Part shown: positions 1-8,734 of the stretch, piece after piece | How positions within the stretch are numbered: position 1 is the first letter of the stretch | Layout: each line of letters starts with the position of its first letter | Assembly (NCBI GenBank): GCA_963782055.1 | Contig: CAWAIF010000003.1 | Coordinates: 3,168,001 to 3,232,000 of the forward strand | Source: an uncultured delta proteobacterium | GTDB taxonomy: Bacteria > Myxococcota_A > Polyangia > Polyangiales > Polyangiaceae | Length of the DNA: 64,000 nucleotides | Direction of reading: 5' to 3' | Made by a program: the position numbers and the translations under genes | The notes under the pieces: model-generated | Told to the model about the DNA's origin: nothing | The model's input: only the letters and a program-made list of their open reading frames with translations | Database searches by the model: none

Positions 1-1
1 C

Positions 2-1048
2 GTCTTCCCGCCGCGGCCGTCGCTGCGCCTCATCACCGACATCTTCGCCTTCGCGGCGAAGGAGGTGCCGCGGTGGAACACCATCTCCATCAGCGGCTAC
101 CACATCCGCGAGGCCGGCTGCGACGCGGTGCAGGAGGTCGCCTTCACCCTCGCCGACGGCATGGCCTACGTGAAGGCGGCCCTCGACGCCGGCCTGGACG
201 TGGATGGTTTCGCCGGGCAGCTGTCCTTCTTCTTCAACGTCCACAACAACGTGCTCGAGGAGGTGGCGAAGTTCCGCGCGGCGCGCCGCATGTGGAGCCG
301 CATCATGCAGGAGCGCTTCGGGGCGAAGACCGACCGCGCCCGCGCCCTGCGCTTCCACTGCCAGACCGCCGGGATGACCCTCACCGCGCAGCAGCCGCTC
401 AACAACGTGGTGCGCGTCACGCTGCAGGCCCTCGCCGCGGTGCTGGGCGGCTGCCAGTCGCTGCACACCAACAGCTACGACGAGGCCCTCGGCCTGCCGA
501 CGACCGAGGCGGTGACGGTCGCCCTGCGCACGCAGCAGATCCTCGCCCACGAGTCGGGCGTGGCGGACTTCGTCGACGGCCTGGGCGGCAGCTACGCCAT
601 CGAGGCGCTCACCGATCGCATCGAGAAGGAGGCGGAGCGCTACCTCGCCCGCATCGACGAGCTGGGCGGCATGGTCGACGCCATCGAGCAGGGCTACCCG
701 CAGCGGGAGATCCAGAACACCGCCTACGGCTACCAGCTGGAGGTGGAGAAGAAGCAGCGCGTCGTGGTCGGGCAGAACGCCTTCGTGCAGGACTCCCCGC
801 CCATCCCGGTGATGCGCGTCGACCCGCGCATCGAGCAGGAGCAGAAGGAGCGCGTCGGCGCGGTGCGGGCGAAGCGCGACGCGACGAGGCACTCCGAGTC
901 CCTCGCGCGGATCGAGGCGGCGGCCAGGACGAAGGACAACCTCCTGCCACTCATCCTGGATGCGGTGAAGGCTTACGCGACGGTCGGGGAGATCAGCAAC
1001 GTGCTGCGCGGGGTGTGGGGGGAGCACCAGGAGACCCTCGTCCTCTGA
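2..1048 (+). CDS. Methylmalonyl-CoA mutase, large/N-terminal (substrate-binding) subunit; 5'-truncated by the window edge
   Basis: Frame open from position 2 ([15 protein letters not shown]...). Motifs [30 protein letters not shown] and [15 protein letters not shown]. No C-terminal B12-binding domain, so a split-type MCM. Confidence 0.93.
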   Translation, partial: VFPPRPSLRLITDIFAFAAKEVPRWNTISISGYHIREAGCDAVQEVAFTLADGMAYVKAALDAGLDVDGFAGQLSFFFNVHNNVLEEVAKFRAARRMWSRIMQERFGAKTDRARALRFHCQTAGMTLTAQQPLNNVVRVTLQALAAVLGGCQSLHTNSYDEALGLPTTEAVTVALRTQQILAHESGVADFVDGLGGSYAIEALTDRIEKEAERYLARIDELGGMVDAIEQGYPQREIQNTAYGYQLEVEKKQRVVVGQNAFVQDSPPIPVMRVDPRIEQEQKERVGAVRAKRDATRHSESLARIEAAARTKDNLLPLILDAVKAYATVGEISNVLRGVWGEHQETLVL

Positions 1049-1829
1049 GGCCGTCGTGCCAGCGTGATGGCGATGGAGGGTTGCCACCATCGGGCCGACG
1101 CTCGCGCAGCGCCACGATGCCATCCCGAAGCGGGCGGTTCTCCCGTCCAGGGATCGGACCGGCGCGTCCTCTCGTCGTTCCGGACGCCGCCCCTCGCCCG
1201 ACAAGGACGAAGGGAGAACACGTGCCCCCTTCTCGCTCGGTCGCGCATAGGATTTCCCCATGGTGCGCCGTGAAGAAGCAGGTCGTCCGTCGGGCATGCC
1301 CGACGAACGACCTGCCTCAAGCTGCGCTTCTCCAGCGGGTGAGAGTCCCGCACCGGTAAGCGTCGGAGCGCCGGGTAGCAGGCCCCAGCCGAGCGGGAGA
1401 GATCCCGTCGGCCGAGCGGGGCGTCGAAAGGGTCCACGGACCGAGCGAGCACGCGGGCCGCAACATGAAGTGAAGCTTGCAGCCTCGTCAGATCTACAAA
1501 CCGGGAGCCGAGCCGATCATGTCGCGGCGAAGGCAATATCGGCGGCGCCAGATCCGAAACGCGCCGTCGGTCCCGGCGGGGTAGGGAGCGCAGCACGCGT
1601 GCAAGGAGGAGTGCGGAACTCGGGAGGCCCGTCTGCGTCGCCCTCGTCGGGGCAAGGCGCGTCGTATAAGCCAGAGGCGAAGTCGGCCGCTGCGCAGCGG
1701 GAGTCCGAGGGGGTCACTGTACCGAAGAGCGAGGCGCGAGCTTCGCGAACGAACGCCGTGAAGAACAACGCGGCAGGAGGGAAAGACCCCTGCAGTGGTC
1801 GTGTCGGCGGAGCAGGTAAGCGCGAGGGC

Positions 1830-3179
1830 ATGGCCGGCGAGACCGGTCCCAACCACCCCCATCGGCGACAGCCCATGGACAAAGTGCGACAACTGCAACG
1901 CCGGCTGTGTGCCGCGGCCAAGCGGCATCCGGAGCGCCGATTCCACGCGCTGTATGACCGCATCGCGAGGCGTGACGTCCTCGCGGAAGCGTGGAAGCGG
2001 GTAAGGAGGAACAAGGGAGCCGCGGGCGTCGATGCCCAGACGATCGCGGCGCTCGAGGTGTACGGAGTGGATCGACTCCTCGGAGAGATCCATGACGTGC
2101 TCCGTGCAGGCAGGTACCGGCCGGCAGCGGTGCTGCGCCGGTACATCCCGAAGGCCGATGGGAAGAAGCGGCCGCTTGGGATCCCGACGGTCCGAGACCG
2201 GGTGGTGCAGATGGCGACGAAGCTCGTGCTGGAGCCGATCTTCGAGGCGAGCTTTCGCTCGTGCTCGTACGGCTTCCGTATCGGGCGGAGCGCGACGGAC
2301 GCCCTGGAGACGCTGAGGAAGCTCGGCGCGAAGGGGTACAACCACGTGCTCGACGCCGACATCCGTGACTACTTCGGGAGCATCGATCACGACAAGCTGA
2401 TGAAGCTCGTCGAGCGGCGCATCTCGGACCGGAGGGTGCTCAAGCTGCTGCGGCAGTGGCTCACGGCGGGGGTGATGGACGAAGGCACGGTGACCAACCC
2501 CTCCAGCGGCACGCCGCAGGGCGGGGTGATCTCGCCGCTGCTCTCGAACATCTACCTCGCCGTGCTCGACGACGTGTGGACGAAGCGGTGCGCGCATCTT
2601 GGCGAGCTGGTTCGTTATGCGGACGACTTCGTCGTGATGTGCAGGACGAAGCGTGACGTCGACGAGGCCGAGCTTCGCGTGAAGCACGTGATGACGCGAC
2701 TCGGGCTCGAGCTGCACCCGGACAAGACGAGGAAGCTGGACCTCTCCTGGGGTAAGAAGGGGTTCGACTTCCTCGGCTGCCACCTGCGGAAACGCTTGAG
2801 CGGGTCCATCTGGGAGAGGTCGCGCAAACGCGTGTACTTCCTCCAGCGCTGGCCATCGGCTCGCGCGATGAAGCGGATCCGGCAGCGCGTGAGGGACCTC
2901 ACCCCGCGATCACGCTGCCACGCGGACCTGCGCGACGTCGTCGCGCAGCTCAACCCCGTGCTGCGTGGCTGGGGCGAGTACTTTCGCACCGGGAACGCCG
3001 ACGTGAAGTTCAACCGACTCGACGAGTACGTGTACGAACGGCTTCGAGCGCTGCGCCTGAAACGGGCCGGCTCGAAGCTCAAGGCCGGACAAGCCGAGCG
3101 CTGGACCCGCGACTACTTCGTCGAAGGCTTCGGGCTCCACCGCCTGCGCGGGACCATCCGCTACCCGGAGGCCGCGTAA
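1830..3179 (+). CDS. ltrA: Group II intron reverse transcriptase/maturase (start uncertain: ATG 1830 or 1875; frame is open back to host ATG 1260)
   Basis: Motifs KGAAGVD, YIPKADGKKRPLGIPTVRDRVVQ, SYGFR, DADIRDYF, GTPQGGVISPLLSNIYL, RYADD and FDFLG, plus X domain LNPVLRGWGEYF. No HNH endonuclease at the C-terminus. Confidence 0.95.
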   Translation: MAGETGPNHPHRRQPMDKVRQLQRRLCAAAKRHPERRFHALYDRIARRDVLAEAWKRVRRNKGAAGVDAQTIAALEVYGVDRLLGEIHDVLRAGRYRPAAVLRRYIPKADGKKRPLGIPTVRDRVVQMATKLVLEPIFEASFRSCSYGFRIGRSATDALETLRKLGAKGYNHVLDADIRDYFGSIDHDKLMKLVERRISDRRVLKLLRQWLTAGVMDEGTVTNPSSGTPQGGVISPLLSNIYLAVLDDVWTKRCAHLGELVRYADDFVVMCRTKRDVDEAELRVKHVMTRLGLELHPDKTRKLDLSWGKKGFDFLGCHLRKRLSGSIWERSRKRVYFLQRWPSARAMKRIRQRVRDLTPRSRCHADLRDVVAQLNPVLRGWGEYFRTGNADVKFNRLDEYVYERLRALRLKRAGSKLKAGQAERWTRDYFVEGFGLHRLRGTIRYPEAA

Positions 3180-3204
3180 TGCCGCGTCACGAGAGACCAC
3201 CGGT

Positions 3205-3299
3205 AAGCCGTGTGCGGGAAATCCGCACGCACGGTTTGAGAGGGGGTCTTGACTCCAACCGCCGCCGTAGGGCGGCCAAGGTGTAAGGATCTACCAATG
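3205..3299 (+). ncRNA. Group II intron catalytic domain V and domain VI
   Basis: DV is AAGCCGTGTGCGGGAAATCCGCACGCACGGTTT. DVI stem GGGGGTCTT(3242-3250) pairs with AGGATCT-A-CC(3286-3295), with A3293 bulged. Confidence 0.92.
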
Positions 3300-3896
3300 C
3301 ACCTCGATGAAGAGCTGCGAGGGCTGCTGCGTGGGAACTGGACGTTCGAGACCGCGCCGCCTGCGCTGCTCGCCCTCGGGCCACCGGCGCTGGACCGCCT
3401 TCTCGACGCGCCCTCCAGCGTCTTCTTTCCGACGGACACCGAATGGCGCGACTACGGCATGTACCGGCAGCACGCGGTCGCCGCCTTCGCGAAGCGCGAC
3501 CTGGACAGTGTGCTCGCGGCGATGAAGAAGCGGAAGTGGACGGACGCCGCCATCGGGCTCTCGGGCGTCGGCCTCGTGCGTGACGCTCGCGTCGTCCCGC
3601 TGCTCGTACGTCTGGTGGCCGACCCCGAGCCCATGCGCCGACAAGAGGCTGTCGAGCTCCTCGGCGGCCAGCGCGATCCGGACGCGACCGCCGCGGTTCT
3701 TCGCGCGCTGCGAGACCGTTCGTCCAACGTTCGACGCGCGGCGGTACACGCGCTCGGCGAGATTGGGGATCCGACAACGGTGGACGCGCTGGAGGAGGCC
3801 GCCCGCCGCTGGGCCAAGTCGCCGCTCATCGAAGCGGAGGTCGCTGCGACCCTCCGCAAGGTTCGCGACGCGGATCGACCCGCCGGGACCTCGTGA
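3297..3896 (+). CDS. HEAT/PBS-lyase repeat protein (intron host gene; original start ATG at 1260-1262)
   Basis: Repeats VPLLVRLVADPEPMRRQEAVELLG and VLRALRDRSSNVRRAAVHALGEIG. AAGGA SD 7 nt before ATG 3297. Confidence 0.8.
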   Translation: MHLDEELRGLLRGNWTFETAPPALLALGPPALDRLLDAPSSVFFPTDTEWRDYGMYRQHAVAAFAKRDLDSVLAAMKKRKWTDAAIGLSGVGLVRDARVVPLLVRLVADPEPMRRQEAVELLGGQRDPDATAAVLRALRDRSSNVRRAAVHALGEIGDPTTVDALEEAARRWAKSPLIEAEVAATLRKVRDADRPAGTS

Positions 3897-3952
3897 GATG
3901 GCGCGCGCTTCGTGAGGCGCCCGGGGGCGGCTGATGCTTGGGAGGACGCCGC

Positions 3953-5287
3953 CTACTTCTTCTTCACGATCCTCGCCAGCGCGTCCCCCGCGCCCTTCGC
4001 CAGCACCTCCATCCGCTTCGTCCCCAGCGCCGTGTCGCCCAGCTCGTCCGCCAGCAGGATGAGCGCGGGATGCATGTTCACCCGCACCGACGTCACCCCC
4101 ACGTCGCGCGTCGCGCCGTGCATGAACTGGACGACCGGCTCGTGCGCCTCCGTCCGGAAGAGCGGCCCCAGGTAGGTGATCCCCGACGCCGCCGACGCGA
4201 AGACGCTCGGCAAGCTCGTCGGCACCGTCAGCTTGCGCCACGCGCGCGCGTCACCGAACTCCGAGTTGCACGACCAGCCGACGAAGGCGTCGCGCTTGAC
4301 CGCGAGCACCGCCACCCGCCGCGCCACCACGCGCACCCCGGACATGAGCAGCGCCACGATCGCGTCGCGGTCGTTGGCCTCGTGCATCGCGGCGAGCACC
4401 GGCGCGGGGTCGGGGAAGGGCGGCATCGGCGCGTGCGACGCGATGGGCGGCGACGACAGCACCGGGTAGCGCATCGACGGGGGCGCGGTGGGCCGCCGCG
4501 ACACCGAGGTCGACTGGCGCAGCGCGAACACCGGCTCCGCGTCGCGCTGCGTGTCGGGCGGCGGCACCTGCGAGTCGCGCGGTCCGGGCAGGACGCTGGG
4601 CGGGCGTGCCGGGCGCACCTCCCGCACCGAAGGCGGGAGCGCCGCGGACGGCGGCGGCGCGGTGGGCAGCAACGAGCGCCGCATCAGGGGGATGGGCATG
4701 TCGGCCCCGCCCACGTGCGGCGGGGAGGAGGGCGAGACCGTGACGATGGGCGTCCCCCACAGCGGCGTTCGCACGCGCTCTCCCCCGGGGCGCTCGGCGC
4801 CGCGCATCCAGATCGGCGCGGCCAGCGACTGCGCGTTCTGCGAGGGGGGTGGCGCCTGCGTCGCCTGGTGCTCGTCGATCGCGCGCAATGCCGCGCGCAT
4901 CGCGCCGATGGTGGTGCGGATGAGGTGCACCTCCGCCCGCAGGACGTGGGCCACCTCCCGCGCCGGGTGCGGATCGCGCGCGTCGACGACGGCGAGGTCC
5001 ACCGCGCCGCTGTGGGCGTCCCGGCCCAGCGGGATCGCCAGGAGCTGCTTGCATAGACCCCGCGGCAGCTGATCGACCAGGTCGTAGGCGGGCCGCACCT
5101 CCACCAGCGCGGGCAGCTCGCCGCGGCCGAGCTCCGCCTCCAGGTGCGGCTCGTCCATCGCGCTGGTGAGCAGCAGCGCCTGCACCAGCGGGATGTGCTG
5201 CGTCACGCTCACGTACAGCGCGCGCGCCACGGCCTTCTCGCGGACCGCGTCGGACAGGAGCAAGCTGCGACCGAGCTCGACGCTCAC
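3953..5287 (-). CDS. Hypothetical protein with GspE/PilB N-terminal-like domain, long Pro-rich linker and GAF-like C-terminal domain
   Basis: LVDQLPRGLCKQLLAIPLG...VDLAVVD resembles T2SSE_N. Central Pro/Ser-rich stretch. No ATPase motifs. Confidence 0.6.
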   Translation of the reverse strand: MSVELGRSLLLSDAVREKAVARALYVSVTQHIPLVQALLLTSAMDEPHLEAELGRGELPALVEVRPAYDLVDQLPRGLCKQLLAIPLGRDAHSGAVDLAVVDARDPHPAREVAHVLRAEVHLIRTTIGAMRAALRAIDEHQATQAPPPSQNAQSLAAPIWMRGAERPGGERVRTPLWGTPIVTVSPSSPPHVGGADMPIPLMRRSLLPTAPPPSAALPPSVREVRPARPPSVLPGPRDSQVPPPDTQRDAEPVFALRQSTSVSRRPTAPPSMRYPVLSSPPIASHAPMPPFPDPAPVLAAMHEANDRDAIVALLMSGVRVVARRVAVLAVKRDAFVGWSCNSEFGDARAWRKLTVPTSLPSVFASAASGITYLGPLFRTEAHEPVVQFMHGATRDVGVTSVRVNMHPALILLADELGDTALGTKRMEVLAKGAGDALARIVKKK

Positions 5288-5297
5288 CGGCTCGAAT

Positions 5298-5615
5298 CTA
5301 CATGGACTCGGCGCCCTTCGAGGGGGGGAATTGGAAGACCACCTCGCTGGTGCGCACCATGCCTAGCTGATCGCGTGCGATGGCCTCGACGGCGGTCGGG
5401 TCGTCGCGGAGGCGCTGCACCTCGCTGCGCAGGTCCCCGATGTTGCGCTCCAGCTCGCGGTTCTCCCCGTTGACCTGGTCCAGCTCGCGCTGCAGCCCCC
5501 GCATGCGCGGCAAGCCCTGCGGCTCCATGATCATCGCCGGCACCGCCAGCGCAGCCACGGCGAGAATTCCTGCGGGGAGGGCCCGCTCCAGAAAGACGGT
5601 CAGACGCGACGCCAC
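5298..5615 (-). CDS. ftsB: Septum formation initiator (FtsB/DivIC family)
   Basis: GTG 5615. Single TM helix, coiled coil and LRDDPTAVEAIARDQLGMVRTSEVVFQF signature. Confidence 0.82.
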   Translation of the reverse strand: MASRLTVFLERALPAGILAVAALAVPAMIMEPQGLPRMRGLQRELDQVNGENRELERNIGDLRSEVQRLRDDPTAVEAIARDQLGMVRTSEVVFQFPPSKGAESM

Positions 5616-5693
5616 GGCCCGAAGCGTACGCGGCAGGTCGCGGTCCGGCCCACTTTCCGGGCACGACGCGCTGGTGCTACAACCTGCCGGGCC

Positions 5694-7208
5694 ATGTCCT
5701 CCCGCTACGAGCCTGTCATCGGCCTCGAGGTCCACGCCCAGCTCCTGACGGCGACCAAGGCCTTCTGCTCCTGCCCGACGACCTTCGGCGCGCCGCCCAA
5801 CACGCACGTCTGCCCCACCTGCCTGGGCCTGCCCGGCGCGCTGCCTGTCCTCAACGCGCGCGCGGTGGAGTTCGCGGTGCGGGCGGCGCTGGCGATGGGC
5901 TGCACCCTGCGCCGGGAGAGCCGCTTCGCCCGCAAGAACTACTTCTACCCGGACCTGCCGAAGGGCTACCAGATCAGCCAGTTCGACGAGCCCTTCAGCG
6001 AGCGTGGACACCTGGACATCGAGGTGCCGGTGGACCCCGCGTCGACTGAGGTCCCGCGCTTCGCGCGGGCCGACGGCCCGAAGGGCACGACGAAGGACGA
6101 GGCGGCGCCGAAGGAGACGCGCCGCATCCGCATCACGCGCATCCACATGGAGGAGGACGCCGGCAAGAACTTCCACGACCGCGGCGACGACTCCATCGTC
6201 GACCTGAACCGCTCCGGCGTCGCGCTCGTCGAGATCGTGGGCGAGCCGGACCTGCGCAGCGGCGCGGAGGCGGCGGAGTACCTGCGCACCCTGCGCGAGG
6301 TGCTCATCTTCCTGGGCATCAACGACGGCAACCTGGAGGAGGGCTCCTTCCGCTGCGACGCCAACGTCTCCATCCGGCCGAAGGGGCAGGAGAAGTTCGG
6401 CACCCGCGTGGAGCTCAAGAACATCAACTCCTTCCGGTTCGTGCAGAAGGCCATCGAGCACGAGATCCTGCGGCAGGAGGCGGTGCTGGAGTCCGGCGGC
6501 AGGATCACGATGGAGACGCGCGGCTGGGACGAGAAGGAGGGCAGGACCTTCTCCCTGCGCAGCAAGGAGACAGCGCAGGACTACCGCTACTTCCCCGAGC
6601 CGGACCTCTTGCCCCTGGTGCTGGAGGAGGCCTTCGTCGCCCAGGTGAAGGCGCAGATGCCCGAGCTGCCGCGCGCCAAGCGCGCCCGCTTCATCGCCGA
6701 GCACGGCATCACCCCCTACGCGGCCCAGGTGCTCACCCAGCACCCGCGCGTCGCGGGCTTCTTCGAGGAGGCGGCCACCCTCCACGGCGACGGCACCAAG
6801 GTGTCCAACTTCGTGCAGAGCGAGGTGCTGCGCGACGTGACGACACGCGGCCTCTCGGCGGACTTCCCGGTCACGCCGCGGCAGGTGGCGGACCTGCTGC
6901 GCCTGGTGGACTCGGGCAAGATCAGCGGCAAGCAGGCCAAGGAGGTCTACGCCGCGGTGAAGGGCACCGAGCGCGGGCCGGAGGAGGTCGTGCGCGATCT
7001 CGGCATGGAGCAGGTGAGCGACTCCGGCGCCATCGAGGCGGTCGTGCGCGAGATCGTGGAGAAGAACCCGAAGCAGGCGGAGGCCCTGAAGGGCGGCAAG
7101 ACGGGGCTGATGGGCTTCTTCGTCGGGCAGGTGATGAAGGCGACGAAGGGCAGCGCCAACCCGCAGATGGTCAACGACGCGGTGAAGAAGGTGCTCGGCC
7201 TGCCATGA
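5694..7208 (+). CDS. gatB: Asp/Glu-tRNA(Asn/Gln) amidotransferase subunit B
   Basis: Motifs VIGLEVHAQL, RKNYFYPDLPKGYQISQ, HMEEDAGK, RCDANVS and YRYFPEPDL, plus C-terminal GFFVGQVMK. Confidence 0.98.
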   Translation: MSSRYEPVIGLEVHAQLLTATKAFCSCPTTFGAPPNTHVCPTCLGLPGALPVLNARAVEFAVRAALAMGCTLRRESRFARKNYFYPDLPKGYQISQFDEPFSERGHLDIEVPVDPASTEVPRFARADGPKGTTKDEAAPKETRRIRITRIHMEEDAGKNFHDRGDDSIVDLNRSGVALVEIVGEPDLRSGAEAAEYLRTLREVLIFLGINDGNLEEGSFRCDANVSIRPKGQEKFGTRVELKNINSFRFVQKAIEHEILRQEAVLESGGRITMETRGWDEKEGRTFSLRSKETAQDYRYFPEPDLLPLVLEEAFVAQVKAQMPELPRAKRARFIAEHGITPYAAQVLTQHPRVAGFFEEAATLHGDGTKVSNFVQSEVLRDVTTRGLSADFPVTPRQVADLLRLVDSGKISGKQAKEVYAAVKGTERGPEEVVRDLGMEQVSDSGAIEAVVREIVEKNPKQAEALKGGKTGLMGFFVGQVMKATKGSANPQMVNDAVKKVLGLP

Positions 7209-8731
7209 ACCCCCCCGAGGCCCCGCCCGCCCGCGTGCTCATCGTGGACGACAACGCGGACCTCGCCGGCACGCTGCGCGACGTGCTCCTCGCGGGCAAC
7301 CGCGGGGAGGCCCCGCTGGAGGTGGACACCGCCCAGGACGGCGCGCACGCGCTGGGCGTGGCGCGCAAGCACGGCTTCGACGTGGCGCTGGTGGACGTGA
7401 AGCTCCCCGACGGCAGCGGCGTCGATCTCATCCGCCCGCTCCGCGAGGCGAACCCCAACAGCGAGGTGGTGCTCATCACCGGCTTCGCCAGCATGGACGC
7501 GGCGATCGCCGCGCTCCGCGCCGGGGCGTTCGCGATGATCCTCAAGTCCTTCCGGCCCGACGAGCTCATCACGACGGTGCGGCAGGCCCTGACGAAGGCC
7601 CGGCTCCAGCGCGAGCGTGAGGAGCTGGAGGGCCGCTACCGCGCGGTGGTGGAGCTCACCGACGTCGTCGTCGTCGCCCTGGACGCCGCGGGCAAGGTGG
7701 CGCTCTTCAACCGGCGCGCCGCCTCCCTCGCCGGCGTGCCGGTCGAGGACGCCATCGGCCGCGACTTCCTGGAGAGCTGGATCCCCGAGGGCGACCGTCC
7801 TCGGCTGCGCGAGGCCTTCCAGCTCGCGCGGGAGGGGGAGCGGGCCCGGGACGTGGAGACGGGGTTCGTGGAGGCCCCGAGCGGGGTTGCGGCGCCCGCG
7901 GTGACCGCCGGCGGGCACCAGGCCTCCCGCCCAGGCCCGCGCCGGGTGCGCTGGCACCTCTCCGGACCGGGGGAGGAGGGCGCCGCCGGCCTGGTCTACG
8001 GCATCGGGATCGACGTGACGGAGCGGCGCGCCCTGGAGAAGCGGGCGGCGGACGCCGAGGCGCTCTCGGCCATGGGCACGCTCGCCCTCAACCTCGCCCA
8101 CGAGATCCGCAACCCGCTCAACGCCGCGGTGCTGCAGCTCCACCTCCTCGGCCGGCACGTGGACAAGCTCGGCGCGGACGACGAGACGCGCACGAGCCTG
8201 CACCGCCGGCTGGACATCGTCGGCGACGAGATCGCGCGGCTCAACCGCCTGCTCACCGAGTTCCTGGAGCTCGCGCGGCCGCGGGGCATCGCGCGGGGGC
8301 CGGTGCACGTGAGCGAGCTGGTCGACGGGGTGCTGCAGCTCGAGCGGGAGTCGGCGGAGTCGCGCGGCATCCGGGTGGTGCGGGAGCTGGCGCCCACCGC
8401 CGTCGCCATCGGCGACGTGGAGAAGCTCAAGCAGGTGGTCATCAACCTGGTCGTCAACGCCATGGAGGCGATGAAGGACGGCGGGACGCTCACCGCCGTG
8501 GCGCGTCCGGACGGGGACGCGGTGATCATCGAGATCCGGGACACCGGGCCGGGGATCGAGCCGGCGTTCTTGAACCAGATCTTCGACCCGTTCTTCACGA
8601 CGAAGGAGGCCGGCACCGGCCTGGGCCTCTCCATCGTCCGGAAGATCGTGGACCAGCACGCCGGCGACGTGCGGATCACCAGCGACAAGGGCGGCACGCG
8701 CGTGCGCGTGCGCATCCCCCCCGGCCGGTGA
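7205..8731 (+). CDS. Hybrid sensor histidine kinase (REC-PAS-HisKA-HATPase)
   Basis: Receiver VLIVDDN...DVKLPD, H-box LAHEIRNPL, and DTGPGI, FFTTK, GTGLGL boxes. Start overlaps the gatB stop. Confidence 0.92.
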   Translation: MNPPEAPPARVLIVDDNADLAGTLRDVLLAGNRGEAPLEVDTAQDGAHALGVARKHGFDVALVDVKLPDGSGVDLIRPLREANPNSEVVLITGFASMDAAIAALRAGAFAMILKSFRPDELITTVRQALTKARLQREREELEGRYRAVVELTDVVVVALDAAGKVALFNRRAASLAGVPVEDAIGRDFLESWIPEGDRPRLREAFQLAREGERARDVETGFVEAPSGVAAPAVTAGGHQASRPGPRRVRWHLSGPGEEGAAGLVYGIGIDVTERRALEKRAADAEALSAMGTLALNLAHEIRNPLNAAVLQLHLLGRHVDKLGADDETRTSLHRRLDIVGDEIARLNRLLTEFLELARPRGIARGPVHVSELVDGVLQLERESAESRGIRVVRELAPTAVAIGDVEKLKQVVINLVVNAMEAMKDGGTLTAVARPDGDAVIIEIRDTGPGIEPAFLNQIFDPFFTTKEAGTGLGLSIVRKIVDQHAGDVRITSDKGGTRVRVRIPPGR

Positions 8732-8734
8732 AGG

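Larger units (their letters stand above)
1263..3299 (+). mobile_element. Group II intron (RT-encoding, no endonuclease domain), inserted immediately after the ATG start codon of a HEAT-repeat gene
   Basis: 5' GTGCG at 1263. DIII closing stem GGGGGTC(1709-1715)/GACCCCT(1785-1791). Domain V at 3205-3237 with AGC triad. DVI with bulged A3293. RT ORF lies in DIV. Removing 1263-3299 restores ATG-CAC-CTC-GAT-GAA. Confidence 0.93.

Noticed and set aside
1064..1273. 69-aa ORF before the intron
   Set aside because: No recognisable motif, and it runs across the intron 5' boundary. Probably intergenic DNA.
1830..3179. RT as retron, DGR or defence RT
   Set aside because: It has group II maturase motifs and flanking GTGCG, DV and DVI structures. 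No TR/VR pair or msr-msd was seen.
3249..3296. Longer start (TTG 3249) for the HEAT-repeat ORF
   Set aside because: It lies inside intron domain VI. ATG 3297 has an SD and matches the reconstructed allele.
3297..3298. Canonical AY 3' end of the intron at T3298
   Set aside because: It would give ATG GCA CCT CGA TGA on ligation, put the branch A at -6 and leave gamma C1706 unpaired. An end at G3299 fits all three.
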